Assembly (NCBI GenBank): GCA_038207855.1
Contig: JBBQZI010000001.1
Span: 1,053 to 65,052 of the forward strand
Reading direction: 5' to 3'
Length of the DNA stretch: 64,000 nucleotides
Origin: Burkholderiales bacterium
GTDB lineage: Bacteria; Pseudomonadota; Gammaproteobacteria; Burkholderiales; Burkholderiaceae_C
Made by a program: the position numbers and the translations under genes
Shown here: positions 22,660-32,582 of the stretch, piece after piece
How positions within the stretch are numbered: the first letter of the stretch is position 1
Layout of the letters: each line of letters begins with the position of its first letter
The notes under the pieces: model-generated
The model's input: the letters and a program-made list of their open reading frames with translations, nothing else
Database searches by the model: none
Told to the model about the DNA's origin: nothing

Positions 22660-23854
22660 GTTTTCCATTCATAAAGATCATACTGCGCATAATCCAGAGC
22701 GCCAAGCGGTCCAGCACCTTCTGCCAAACCGGTCTTGCCGCATGCTGCACCGGATCAACCCGCTGCGCACTGTGCGTCAAAGCCTGCTCCAATTGTTGAT
22801 TCAAATCACGTGCAAAAGCGGCATCTTCAACCACCACATTAGCCTCGCGGGCCAGCAAGAGGCTCAAAGGGTCCATATTGGACGAGCCTACCGTCACCCA
22901 GAGGCCATCAATGACCCCGACCTTGGCATGCAAAAAACTGGCACGGTATTCGTAGATTTCGACACCTGCGGCCAGCAATCGGCCGTAAAGCCCGTGTGCC
23001 GCGTGGTACTGCATAAAGTACTCATACCGTCCCTGCAACAGCAAGCGCACACGTACACCGCGCCGTGCCGCATGAATCAAGCCCCTGCGAATCTTGCGGC
23101 CAGGTAAAAAGTAGGCATTGGCCAAAATGATGTCACTGCGCGCTTCCCCCAATGCCTGTCGATAGGCCCGTTCAATCCGGGTGCGATTGCGCACGTTGTC
23201 GCGCAGCACCAATTCGGCCCTGGCACCGCCACTCTGACTCAAACTGTCGGCAATGGGCTGCTGCTTTTCCCGCACAGCCTGTTGCAGCGCTTGCCAGGCA
23301 CTGGCCCAGTCCACCTGCTGGGCGCTTTGCGCGGCCTGCAAACGCCACCAGAACTGCGCCATGGCGGTATGCGCTGTCTGGACAAGGGGGCCGGTTACCC
23401 GTACCGCAAAATCAAAGCGTGGCGAAACAAGGGGGCCGTAACGCGGATCAAACCAGTCATCAAGCACGTTGATGCCACCACAGAATGCGACTTGCCCGTC
23501 AACCACACACAGTTTGCGGTGCAAGCGCCGCCAGCGGCTGGGCACCAGCAAGCCCAGCTTTCCGAGTGGCGAAAAAATGCGCCATTGAACACCTGCAAGT
23601 TCAAGCTGCTCTGGCCAAGGCGAAGGAAAACCAGGCGTGCCGACACCATCAACCACCAGAAAAACGGCCAGACCACGCTGTGCTGCACGCACCAGCGCAA
23701 GCAAAACGCCCTCGCCCGATCCGACCACATTGAAAATATAAGTTTCAAACCGAACCTCATACGTGGCGGCATCAATGGCATCAATCAGTGCCGGGAAATA
23801 CTCCTGCGCACCCTTCAAAAGCTTGAGTTGATGGCCGCTGTGGCGTTCTGTCAT
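22652..23854 (-). CDS. clsB: Cardiolipin synthase B
   Basis: Two HKD motifs (HRKLCVVD, HAKVGVID); downstream of a YbhP-like EEP gene. Confidence 0.9.
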   Translation of the reverse strand: MTERHSGHQLKLLKGAQEYFPALIDAIDAATYEVRFETYIFNVVGSGEGVLLALVRAAQRGLAVFLVVDGVGTPGFPSPWPEQLELAGVQWRIFSPLGKLGLLVPSRWRRLHRKLCVVDGQVAFCGGINVLDDWFDPRYGPLVSPRFDFAVRVTGPLVQTAHTAMAQFWWRLQAAQSAQQVDWASAWQALQQAVREKQQPIADSLSQSGGARAELVLRDNVRNRTRIERAYRQALGEARSDIILANAYFLPGRKIRRGLIHAARRGVRVRLLLQGRYEYFMQYHAAHGLYGRLLAAGVEIYEYRASFLHAKVGVIDGLWVTVGSSNMDPLSLLLAREANVVVEDAAFARDLNQQLEQALTHSAQRVDPVQHAARPVWQKVLDRLALWIMRSMIFMNGKRY

Positions 23855-23864
23855 GCAGTTTCCG

Positions 23865-24611
23865 TCAGGTCGGCAGGGTGAATTCGGCAATCAGCGGCAA
23901 GTGGTCTGACATGCGCCACCAAATTCGCCCGCGCGGCACCGTCAGGCTAACGGGCACCAGACCGCGGGAAAACACATGGTCTAGTTGCGCCATCGGTAGC
24001 CGCGAGGGAAATGTTGGCTGCGGCTTGCCGGACCAACTGTGCAAATCGACCCGCTTGAACGCGTCCTTGACCCACATACCCCAGTCGTTGAAATCACCCG
24101 CCACCAGCAGCGGCGCATCCGCTGGTATTTCACGTTCGATAAAGCGCTGCAACTGCAGCACCTGGCGCACCCGACTCACCCGGATCAGGCCCAAATGCAC
24201 CACCAGCACATGCACGTTATAGCCTTGCACAGCCAGCACCACGTGCAATAGACCACGCTGCTCCAGCCGGTGATCGGACATATCTTCGTGCTGGTGCGTC
24301 AAAATTGGCCAGCGCGACAGCAACGCATTACCATGCTCGCCATCGCGCGTGATGGCGTTGGTGCGGTAGATCGCCTCATAGCCCAGCGGGGCCAAAAAGT
24401 CAGCCTGACTTAATATCGGCCACTTTGCAAAATGCTTTTCTTCGCGACGATTGCCCAGGCGCACCTCTTGTAGACACACTACATCGGCATCGAGCGACTC
24501 TACCGCCAGCACCAGGTTGTGAATTTCCAGTCGGCGTGTCGGGCCGATACCCTGCACACCTTTGTGAATGTTGTAAGTGGCGACCCGCAGCAGGTTCGGG
24601 TTGAAACTCAT
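23865..24611 (-). CDS. Endonuclease/exonuclease/phosphatase family protein (YbhP-like)
   Basis: TYNIHKG, CLQEV, HGNALLSR, AGDFNDW, SDHLP. Confidence 0.9.
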   Translation of the reverse strand: MSFNPNLLRVATYNIHKGVQGIGPTRRLEIHNLVLAVESLDADVVCLQEVRLGNRREEKHFAKWPILSQADFLAPLGYEAIYRTNAITRDGEHGNALLSRWPILTHQHEDMSDHRLEQRGLLHVVLAVQGYNVHVLVVHLGLIRVSRVRQVLQLQRFIEREIPADAPLLVAGDFNDWGMWVKDAFKRVDLHSWSGKPQPTFPSRLPMAQLDHVFSRGLVPVSLTVPRGRIWWRMSDHLPLIAEFTLPT

Positions 24612-25114
24612 CGCGTGGGCCTCTGTGCGGCAAAGCGCGGCATCATCAAACAAGCCTCTGCATTGGACGGCGAAAAACACGCTTCGGCCGCGTCCCGGTA
24701 GTGCAACCACCGGAAAGCGGTATGCTCGCGGGCGCTCAGACGCACCGGGGTTCCAGCTGGCACTTGCAGACCAAACAGGTGCTCGGTGTTGCGTACGACA
24801 CCCGGCGCGTAGCGGTAGCGCCACTGTGAGTAGATTTCATAAATATTTTCGAGCTGCCAGTCTTGTAAATTTTCTGCAAAGGCCGAACCGCTTGTGCAGT
24901 CAATACCGGTTTCCTCGGCCACCTCGCGCCGTGCCGTTTGCTCAAACGACTCATCGGGCGAGTCTTTGCTGCCAGTGACCGATTGCCAAAAGTCATCCGC
25001 ATCCGCCCGCTTGATCAATAGCACATCAAGCGCCGGGGTATAAATGACCACCAGCACAGACTCGGGAATTTTGAAGGTTGCAGGCTCAAATGACTGCAAG
25101 TGCGGTGTTGCCAT
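24608..25114 (-). CDS. nudB: Dihydroneopterin triphosphate diphosphatase (Nudix)
   Basis: KIPESVLVVI, FWQSVTGS, AREVAEETG Nudix box; next to aspS; start is 25114 or 25123. Confidence 0.9.
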   Translation of the reverse strand: MATPHLQSFEPATFKIPESVLVVIYTPALDVLLIKRADADDFWQSVTGSKDSPDESFEQTARREVAEETGIDCTSGSAFAENLQDWQLENIYEIYSQWRYRYAPGVVRNTEHLFGLQVPAGTPVRLSAREHTAFRWLHYRDAAEACFSPSNAEACLMMPRFAAQRPTR

Positions 25115-25124
25115 TGTTTCCATG

Positions 25125-25153
25125 AAAAAAGGGCATCTAACTGGATGCCCTTT
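25125..25153 (-). terminator. Intrinsic terminator after aspS
   Basis: Minus strand AAAGGGCATC-CAGTTA-GATGCCCTTTTTT. Confidence 0.8.
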
Positions 25154-25183
25154 CATTCTGCCTGAAACCCAGTTGGGCCAGTA

Positions 25184-27022
25184 TCAAGTGGCGTTCGCCA
25201 ACTCGGTGTTACGCAGGCGAATATGCAGTTCGCGCAATTGCTTTTCGTCAACCAGAGACGGGGCTTGCGTCAGCAAACACTGGGCACGCTGGGTTTTCGG
25301 GAAGGCAATCACATCGCGAATCGACTCTGCACCGGTCATCATGGTCACGATGCGATCCAGGCCAAACGCCAGACCACCATGCGGCGGTGCGCCGTATTGC
25401 AGTGCGTCGAGCAAGAAACCAAATTTGATCTGGGCTTCTTCCGGCGTGATCTTCAGCGCGTCAAAGACTTTTCGCTGCACCTCAGCACGGTGGATACGCA
25501 CCGAGCCGCCACCCATTTCCCAGCCGTTCAACACCATGTCGTAGCCCTTCGAAATGCATTTGCCCGGGTCTGACACCATCAGGTCTTCATGCCCATCTTT
25601 GGGTGCCGTAAAGGGATGGTGAACCGCCATCCAGCGGTTGGATTCTTCGTCGTGCTCGAACATCGGGAAGTCCACCACCCACAGCGGAGCCCAGCGGTCT
25701 TCAAACAGGCCATTCTTTTTGCCAAATACGCTGTGACCGATCTTGATGCGCAGGGCACCGATGGCATCGTTGACGATTTTTTCCTTATCAGCGCCGAAGA
25801 AAATCAAGTCACCATTCTGGGCGCCAGTGCGCTCAAGCACAGCGCTCAGTGCCTTGTCGTGGAGGTTCTTGACGATCGGGCTTTGCAAGCCAGGCCACCG
25901 TGCGGGACCCTCCAGGTCTGGGCCTTTGGCTGCATCGTTGACGCGAATGTAAGCCAAGCCCTTGGCACCGTAGATCTTGACAAAGTCGGTGTAGGCATCG
26001 ATCTCGCCGCGGCTGATACCACCGCCCTCTTTCGATCCGCCGGGCACACGCAGCGCCACCACGCGACCACCCTTCATGGTGGCGGCACCGGCGAACACCT
26101 TGAAATCAACATCGGCCATGACATCGGTGAGCTCGGTAAATTCCAGCTTGACGCGCAAATCGGGTTTATCCGAGCCAAAGCGATGGGCCGCTTCCTGGTA
26201 CGTCATGACCGGGAATTCACCCAAATCCACACCCAGCGTGTTCTGGAACACGGTCTTGATCATGCCCTGGAACATGTCCCGAATTTCCTCTTCTGTCATG
26301 AACGAGGTTTCAATATCAATCTGGGTAAATTCAGGTTGACGGTCAGCACGCAGGTCTTCGTCGCGGAAGCACTTGGTAATTTGGTAATAACGGTCAAAAC
26401 CAGCCACCATCAGCAACTGCTTGAACAACTGGGGCGATTGCGGCAAGGCAAAGAAATGACCGTCATGCACGCGACTGGGCACCAAATAATCACGCGCGCC
26501 TTCGGGCGTGCTTTTGGTCAGCATAGGCGTTTCAATATCGACAAATCCGTTGGTATCGAGAAACTTGCGCACTTCCATCGCCACCCGGTAGCGCAACATC
26601 AGGTTGTTTTGCATATACGGGCGGCGCAGATCAAGCACGCGATGCGTCAGGCGCGTGGTCTCGGACAGGTTTTCTTCGTCCAATTGGAACGGTGGGGTGA
26701 CGGAAGGGTTGAGTACCGTCAACTCATGGCACAACACTTCAATCTTGCCGCTTTTGAGATTGTTGTTGACAGTGCCATCCGGGCGAGCACGCACCAGGCC
26801 TTTAACCTGGATGCAAAACTCGTTGCGCAGGTCTTCTGCCACACTGAACATCTCGGCACGGTCTGGGTCGCAGACCACCTGTACGTAGCCTTCACGGTCA
26901 CGCACATCGACAAAAATCACGCCACCGTGGTCACGCCGACGGTTCACCCAGCCACACAGGGTCACAGTTTCGCCCATCAGGGCTTCGGTCACCAGACCGC
27001 AATAATGAGAACGCATTGCCAT
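25184..27022 (-). CDS. aspS: Aspartate--tRNA ligase, probably non-discriminating (Asp/Asn)
   Basis: [35 protein letters not shown]. Confidence 0.97.
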   Translation of the reverse strand: MAMRSHYCGLVTEALMGETVTLCGWVNRRRDHGGVIFVDVRDREGYVQVVCDPDRAEMFSVAEDLRNEFCIQVKGLVRARPDGTVNNNLKSGKIEVLCHELTVLNPSVTPPFQLDEENLSETTRLTHRVLDLRRPYMQNNLMLRYRVAMEVRKFLDTNGFVDIETPMLTKSTPEGARDYLVPSRVHDGHFFALPQSPQLFKQLLMVAGFDRYYQITKCFRDEDLRADRQPEFTQIDIETSFMTEEEIRDMFQGMIKTVFQNTLGVDLGEFPVMTYQEAAHRFGSDKPDLRVKLEFTELTDVMADVDFKVFAGAATMKGGRVVALRVPGGSKEGGGISRGEIDAYTDFVKIYGAKGLAYIRVNDAAKGPDLEGPARWPGLQSPIVKNLHDKALSAVLERTGAQNGDLIFFGADKEKIVNDAIGALRIKIGHSVFGKKNGLFEDRWAPLWVVDFPMFEHDEESNRWMAVHHPFTAPKDGHEDLMVSDPGKCISKGYDMVLNGWEMGGGSVRIHRAEVQRKVFDALKITPEEAQIKFGFLLDALQYGAPPHGGLAFGLDRIVTMMTGAESIRDVIAFPKTQRAQCLLTQAPSLVDEKQLRELHIRLRNTELANAT

Positions 27023-27041
27023 AGGAACTGCTTTCGAAAAA

Positions 27042-27707
27042 TTATTTGGGTAAAAGACCCACAGATACGGTCGGTGCTACCGACCCCATCGAGATCACAT
27101 AAGTCAAGGCTTCGTCCACGCTCATCCTGAGCTCAATCACGTCAGCGCGTGGCAACATCAAGAAGAAACCACTGGTTGGATTCGGCGTGGTTGGCACATA
27201 AACGCTGACAAAGTCAGTGCCCAGGTGCTCGGCCACCTCGCCATTGGGATTGCCCGTCTGAAACGCGATAGTCCATGAGCCAGCGCGGGGATACTGCACC
27301 AACAAGGCTTTGCGAAACGCATTGCCATTGCTGGAGAACAGTGTGTCTGAGACCTTTTTGACGCTGTTGTAAATCGATTTAAAAACCGGAATACGGGTCA
27401 GCAGGCGATCAACCTGGGTCAACCACCAGCGCCCCGCCACGTTCGACACCAGCGCACCGGAGACCAGCAAACCACTGAACACCAGCACCACACCAAGACC
27501 TGGGATGTGTTTGAAACGCTCCCAAAAACTTCCCATGGACTCAGGCGACACAGCCTGCAAAGCTGTCAATAGCGCGACAAAAATACCATCGAGCAAGCCC
27601 ATTAGCCATAACAGCACCCAAATGGTGATGGCCAACGGCAACCAAACCAGCAGGCCGGTCAGCAAGTATTTTTTTAAAGGCACAGATTTTTCCCGTTTAA
27701 CGGTCAA
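27042..27707 (-). CDS. DUF502 membrane protein
   Basis: [26 protein letters not shown]; start uncertain. Confidence 0.88.
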   Translation of the reverse strand: MTVKREKSVPLKKYLLTGLLVWLPLAITIWVLLWLMGLLDGIFVALLTALQAVSPESMGSFWERFKHIPGLGVVLVFSGLLVSGALVSNVAGRWWLTQVDRLLTRIPVFKSIYNSVKKVSDTLFSSNGNAFRKALLVQYPRAGSWTIAFQTGNPNGEVAEHLGTDFVSVYVPTTPNPTSGFFLMLPRADVIELRMSVDEALTYVISMGSVAPTVSVGLLPK

Positions 27708-27710
27708 AAA

Positions 27711-28043
27711 TCAGCTGTGGCAGGCACAACCGCCGCCACAGCCGGTTGCCGCGGGCGCAGCGGCAGTCGCCGTGTCTGATTTATCAGACTTGGCAGGCGT
27801 TGATTCAGTGGCACTGCCGCCCTCGGCCGCCACCGGTGCCGCGACCGATGTGCCGCTGCTGCCGCCCTTGAAATCGGTGGCGTACCAGCCCGAACCTTTA
27901 AGCTGGAAACCCGCTGCGGTCAACTGTTTAGTGAATGTCGCTTTACTGCAGGCCGGGCACTCAGTGAGCACTGGATCCGACATTTTTTGCAACACGTCTT
28001 TGGCAAACCCGCAGGTGTCGCACTTGTAAGCATAAATAGGCAT
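27711..28043 (-). CDS. FmdB family zinc-ribbon protein
   Basis: MPIYAYKCDTCG, CPAC, FQLKGSGWYATD. Confidence 0.92.
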   Translation of the reverse strand: MPIYAYKCDTCGFAKDVLQKMSDPVLTECPACSKATFTKQLTAAGFQLKGSGWYATDFKGGSSGTSVAAPVAAEGGSATESTPAKSDKSDTATAAAPAATGCGGGCACHS

Positions 28044-28125
28044 GGTGTTCAGACTTGAATGAGATTCGCAAAGCCTGCCATTATAAAGTCGCGTACCCCG
28101 AATTCAAATAGTGCGGCAATACAGG

Positions 28126-29691
28126 CTAGAAAAGCCGAACCCGAACCAGAAACTGCATCACCAGCAAACCCAGCACAAATCCGACACCGCCGTAGACGAT
28201 GCTGGACAGCAGGCGATTGGTTTTTTTCTGCTCCACCAGCAAGGCCTGCAACTCATTGCCGCGTCCCTTGGCATTACTTTGCAAAAAGTCAAACAACAGT
28301 CGTGGCAACTCTGGCAAAAGTTTGGCGTAGCGTGGGCCTTCGTTGCGCAACTCATCAAGCAGCTTTTTCGGGCCAATCTGATCCAGCATCCATTTTTCCA
28401 GAAACGGCTTGGCGGTGTTCCACAAATCCAGCTCAGGGTCGAGCTGGCGGCCCAGTCCTTCAATATTGAGCAGGGTTTTCTGCAGCAACACCAGTTGCGG
28501 TTGGATTTCGACATGAAACCGGCGCGAGGTCTGAAACAAGCGCAACAGCACCATGCCAAGCGACAACTCTTTCAGGGGCCGGTCAAAGTACGGTTCACAC
28601 ACCGAGCGCACCGCAGACTCCAGCTCGTCAACCCGGGTCGACGCAGGGACCCAGCCCGACTCAATGTGCAACTCAGCGACACGCTTGTAATCACGGCGGA
28701 AAAATGCCGTAAAGTTTTGCGCCAGATATTCTTTGTCGACCTCGGTCAAGGTGCCAACAATGCCAAAGTCAAGCGAAATGTAGCGGCCAAAGGTGGCTGG
28801 ATCGACACTGACCTGAATGTTGCCCGGGTGCATGTCACCATGGAAAAAGCCATCGCGAAATACCTGGGTGAAAAATATCGTGACCCCATCACGCGCCAGT
28901 TTGGGTATGTCTACGCCGGCGGCACGCAGGCGGTCTACCTGACTGATCGGAATGCCTTTCATGCGCTCCATCACCATCACATTAGGCATGCAATAGTCCC
29001 AATACATTTCGGGAATCAAGATCAGATCCAGGTCGGCCATGTTGCGCCGCAATTGCGCGGCACTCGATGCCTCACGTACCAGATCAAGCTCGTCGTGCAG
29101 GTATTTATCGAACTCGGCCACCACTTCACGCGGCTTGAGCCGCTTGCCATCGTCCGACAAACTCTCCACCCAGCCAGCCATCATGCGCAACAAATCAAGG
29201 TCTTTGTCAATGACGTCGAGCATGCCGGGGCGCAATACCTTGACTGCCACTTCCCGGTGACTGCCATCACGCATCTTGAGCACGGCAAAGTGCACCTGCG
29301 CAATCGACGCACTGGCAATCGGCTGGCGATCGAACGAAACAAAAATATCGTCAACTTTGCGCTTGAAGGCTTTCTCGATGATCGCCACCGCCACGGCGCT
29401 GTCAAACGCCGGCACTTGATCTTGCAACATTGCCAACTCATCGGCAATATCAACCGGCAGCAGATCGCGCCGGGTTGACAGTACCTGGCCAAACTTGACA
29501 AAAATCGGACCGAGACTCTCAAGCGCTTGGCGGATGCGCTGTCCGCGTGGGGCATCGAGCTTGCGCCCGACCGTGACCACCCGGGCGATGAAACGCAGCC
29601 AAGGCTTGTTGAAACTGGTCAGAACCAGTTCATCGAGTCCGTGGCGCAACAGCACCCAAACAATGAAAATACCCCGAAATAGGCGTGTCAT
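28126..29691 (-). CDS. ubiB: Ubiquinone biosynthesis kinase-like protein UbiB
   Basis: [37 protein letters not shown]. Confidence 0.96.
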   Translation of the reverse strand: MTRLFRGIFIVWVLLRHGLDELVLTSFNKPWLRFIARVVTVGRKLDAPRGQRIRQALESLGPIFVKFGQVLSTRRDLLPVDIADELAMLQDQVPAFDSAVAVAIIEKAFKRKVDDIFVSFDRQPIASASIAQVHFAVLKMRDGSHREVAVKVLRPGMLDVIDKDLDLLRMMAGWVESLSDDGKRLKPREVVAEFDKYLHDELDLVREASSAAQLRRNMADLDLILIPEMYWDYCMPNVMVMERMKGIPISQVDRLRAAGVDIPKLARDGVTIFFTQVFRDGFFHGDMHPGNIQVSVDPATFGRYISLDFGIVGTLTEVDKEYLAQNFTAFFRRDYKRVAELHIESGWVPASTRVDELESAVRSVCEPYFDRPLKELSLGMVLLRLFQTSRRFHVEIQPQLVLLQKTLLNIEGLGRQLDPELDLWNTAKPFLEKWMLDQIGPKKLLDELRNEGPRYAKLLPELPRLLFDFLQSNAKGRGNELQALLVEQKKTNRLLSSIVYGGVGFVLGLLVMQFLVRVRLF

Positions 29692-30239
29692 TGGGCTGAG
29701 TTGCCAGGAACGATCGCTGCAGCCTTTGCCACAAACTGGCGCAGCCCTGCGACCAGCCCTTGCGCCATCTGGCTCAGGGTGTGGGCAGGCACATCACCCA
29801 CGATGCGGGCCAGGTCTTCTTCCATATCCCAGCGTACATGCTCAGCTAACCAATTCACCTCAGCGGCCAATTGCACATCACCCTCAATTCGCACAGCAGG
29901 CTTGTCGCCGCGCAAGGCAGCTTGTACCAGTGCCAGAGGCGATTCATCGGTCATGGTCAGTACCAAGTCAGGCGGCGCCTGGGCACTGGCCAAGTCCAGC
30001 AGACCAGCCGGGGTGGCTTCAAGCTTGAGTCTGAAGCTACGCCACTGGACCAGCATGACCCGGCCCTTTTGGCGCGCCAGGCGTGCAGTGGCTTCGCCCT
30101 CTTGCATCAACACGTGGTTCAGCAGCAAGACGATTCGCCGCTGTGCCTCGTCAACGGCCCAGGCCGGTGGCTGCAAGTTGGGAAGAGGAAGTTTCTGAAG
30201 CGCTTGCTCCAGATATGAAAAAGGGGACTGTGTTGCCAT
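29688..30239 (-). CDS. ubiJ: UbiJ-like SCP2 sterol-binding domain protein
   Basis: [23 protein letters not shown]; lies between ubiE and ubiB. Confidence 0.78.
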   Translation of the reverse strand: MATQSPFSYLEQALQKLPLPNLQPPAWAVDEAQRRIVLLLNHVLMQEGEATARLARQKGRVMLVQWRSFRLKLEATPAGLLDLASAQAPPDLVLTMTDESPLALVQAALRGDKPAVRIEGDVQLAAEVNWLAEHVRWDMEEDLARIVGDVPAHTLSQMAQGLVAGLRQFVAKAAAIVPGNSAQ

Positions 30240-30275
30240 AGTCCCCGATTATTCCCTGAAATTGAGTCGTTTTGA

Positions 30276-31247
30276 TTACTGCAGCGCTTGAACCCCTGCG
30301 ACCAACCAGCCACTTTGACCGCCTTTAGGCTTGGTCATGTTCCAAACTTCGCGGAACGGGCTTGGGCCAACGGAAGGCTGCTCACGGATCATGCCGGAGA
30401 ATTCAACGCTGGCCATGTAATCATCGCCCAGGTCTTCAATGCCCAGCAAGTGCGCTTCAATCATGACCACCTCGGTCAGATTTACCGGACCACCGGTATG
30501 GGCCTCACGATCAGCCAATTGAGACTGGATTTCCTTCAGCATGGTATCGGTCATCATGACGCGCAAGGCCGCGATGTCGGATTTATCCCAGGCGGCCTGC
30601 AATGACACGAAATTTGCCTTGGCAGACTTGAGAAAACCTTCAGCGTCAAATCCAGCGGGAATGCCCCATGTCTGCGAACCCGCTAGGCCCGACCCTATCA
30701 TCGAAGCCGAACCACTGGCAGGCGAGCCAGCATCAAAAGGCATCGAATTGCTGCGCTCAAAAGGACGTGCTGATGCATCATTGCCAACGTTTTCCGGACG
30801 GTAACTGGCTGGCGTGGCCGCCTGTCCGCCCGGTGCAGCGCCTTGAAACGCAAATGGGGATGAAATGGCAGCGCCACCCTGCGGTTTGCGCGAACGCATG
30901 AACCAGCCAACGGCCATCATGATTCCCAGCGCCAGCAGGGCAAACATCAAAAATTGCCCCATCTCCGCACCCAGCCCCAGCGAGCTTGCCAGCCAGGCAA
31001 GCCCCAAGCCAGCGGCCAAGCCACCCAGCATGGCACCCCAAGGACGCTTGGGCGCTACGGCACCAGCCGCCGCCGGCGTTGCCGGTCTTGCGACGGAGTT
31101 TGCCGTACTCTGTGATGGTGCGATCTGACGTTGCGTCACATTACTGGACTGCTTGCCAAAAGACATGCCACCACCCATGCGTTTCGCCTCGGCCTGCCCT
31201 GCCACCAATGCCAAACACATCGTTACCAACCCAAGCCATCGTTTCAT
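30276..31247 (-). CDS. Tim44-domain protein
   Basis: AKRMGGGMSFG, LQAAWD, SVEFSG, EVWNM, WLVAGVQ. Confidence 0.88.
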   Translation of the reverse strand: MKRWLGLVTMCLALVAGQAEAKRMGGGMSFGKQSSNVTQRQIAPSQSTANSVARPATPAAAGAVAPKRPWGAMLGGLAAGLGLAWLASSLGLGAEMGQFLMFALLALGIMMAVGWFMRSRKPQGGAAISSPFAFQGAAPGGQAATPASYRPENVGNDASARPFERSNSMPFDAGSPASGSASMIGSGLAGSQTWGIPAGFDAEGFLKSAKANFVSLQAAWDKSDIAALRVMMTDTMLKEIQSQLADREAHTGGPVNLTEVVMIEAHLLGIEDLGDDYMASVEFSGMIREQPSVGPSPFREVWNMTKPKGGQSGWLVAGVQALQ

Positions 31248-31293
31248 GCGAACTCCAAAGAACTTTTTACAAAAAAATACGCGTTGATTTATC

Positions 31294-32025
31294 TCAACAC
31301 TTAATCCCGACATGCAAGGCTACCAGACCACCCGTCATATTGTGGTAATCCACATGGCCAAAACCACTAGCTTTCATCAGGGTTTTGAGCTCTTCCTGCC
31401 CGGGGTGCATGCGAATCGATTCGGCCAGATACTGGTAGCTTGAGGCATCACCAGCCACCAACGAACCCAACTTGGGCAACACCTTGAATGAATACCAGTC
31501 ATAGGCTTTCTCCAGCGGTTTGGCCACTTTGGAGAACTCCAGAACCAGCAACTTGCCACCGGGCTTGAGCACGCGGTTCATCTCTTTGAGGGCTGCATCT
31601 TTATGCGTCATGTTGCGCAGGCCAAAGGCCACGCTGACCAGATTGAAATGCTGATCTGGGAAAGGCAGCTTTTCAGCATCACACACCACCGTGGGTAGCA
31701 CCACACCCGCGTTGACCAGCCGGTCGCGCCCGGTGCGCAGCATGGCCTCATTGATGTCGGTGTGCACCACCAAGCCGCTTGGCCCGACCTTTTTGGCAAA
31801 TGCCAAAGCCAGGTCACCAGTGCCACCGGCAATGTCCAGCGCCCGATCGCCCTCATGCAAATTGGCCACCATCACGGTGTAAGCCTTCCAGGCCCGGTGC
31901 AAGCCCATCGACATGAGATCGTTCATCAGGTCATATTTGGGTGCTACCGAATCAAACACGCCCTTGACTTGGCTGGCTTTTTCGGTCTCGTCAACACTCT
32001 TGAATCCAAAATGTGTCGTGCTCAT
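31294..32025 (-). CDS. ubiE: Ubiquinone/menaquinone C-methyltransferase
   Basis: [34 protein letters not shown]. Confidence 0.97.
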   Translation of the reverse strand: MSTTHFGFKSVDETEKASQVKGVFDSVAPKYDLMNDLMSMGLHRAWKAYTVMVANLHEGDRALDIAGGTGDLALAFAKKVGPSGLVVHTDINEAMLRTGRDRLVNAGVVLPTVVCDAEKLPFPDQHFNLVSVAFGLRNMTHKDAALKEMNRVLKPGGKLLVLEFSKVAKPLEKAYDWYSFKVLPKLGSLVAGDASSYQYLAESIRMHPGQEELKTLMKASGFGHVDYHNMTGGLVALHVGIKC

Positions 32026-32067
32026 GGCTTTAGTGGTGGTGAAACCAGGTTGGGTAAATTCATAACG

Positions 32068-32121
32068 AAATTAGCTTCTAGCCCTTATAAAATAAGCGCT
32101 AGAAGCTATTATATTGATAGC
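32068..32121 (+). repeat. 54-bp element copy 6 (intergenic, DUF971-ubiE)
   Basis: AAATTAGCTTC-TAGCCC-TTATAAAATA-AGCGCTAGAA-GCTAT-TATATTG-ATAGC. Confidence 0.9.
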
Positions 32122-32127
32122 TATCAA

Positions 32128-32541
32128 TCAGTGACTGGCGCAACTGCTGGTGGCTTTGTCCGGCATCGGGGTGTCGCGGTCAGACCCGGCGGCCAGCAGT
32201 CGGGCGTTGTAGTCGGCCCAGAGTTTATCTTGCTGGGAGCCCAGAAAATACAGGTAATCCCAGGTAAAAATGCCGGTGTCGTGGCCATCCGAAAACGTTG
32301 GTTGCACCGCGTAATTGCCAACCGGCTCCAAGCCCGTCACGGTCACGTCGCGTTTGCCCGTTTGCAGGGTTTCCTGCCCCGGGCCGTGGCCCGCTACCTC
32401 GGCTGATGGCGAATAAACTCGCATCAACTCAAACGGAATGCGGAACTCGGTGCCGTCTGAGAAGCTGATCTCCAGCACGCGTGACTGGCTGTGCAGCGTG
32501 ATGTTCTGCGGCGCTGGAGCGCCGGATTGCGTACTTGCCAT
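32128..32541 (-). CDS. DUF971 / GBBH-like N-terminal domain protein
   Basis: RVYSPSAEV.GHG, PVGNYAV, FSDGHDTGIFTW. Confidence 0.9.
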   Translation of the reverse strand: MASTQSGAPAPQNITLHSQSRVLEISFSDGTEFRIPFELMRVYSPSAEVAGHGPGQETLQTGKRDVTVTGLEPVGNYAVQPTFSDGHDTGIFTWDYLYFLGSQQDKLWADYNARLLAAGSDRDTPMPDKATSSCASH

Positions 32542-32582
32542 GGTGTATCTCCTTATGTAGTTTGAAATGAGGCAATGGTCGA

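Noticed and set aside
25589-27130. 513-aa plus-strand ORF
   Set aside because: Antisense shadow of aspS; no motifs
28096-28135. TCTAGCC...ACTAT at the ubiB stop, minus strand
   Set aside because: Box spacing is 16 rather than 26 and the second dyad arm is absent
28111-29478. 455-aa plus-strand ORF
   Set aside because: Antisense shadow of ubiB
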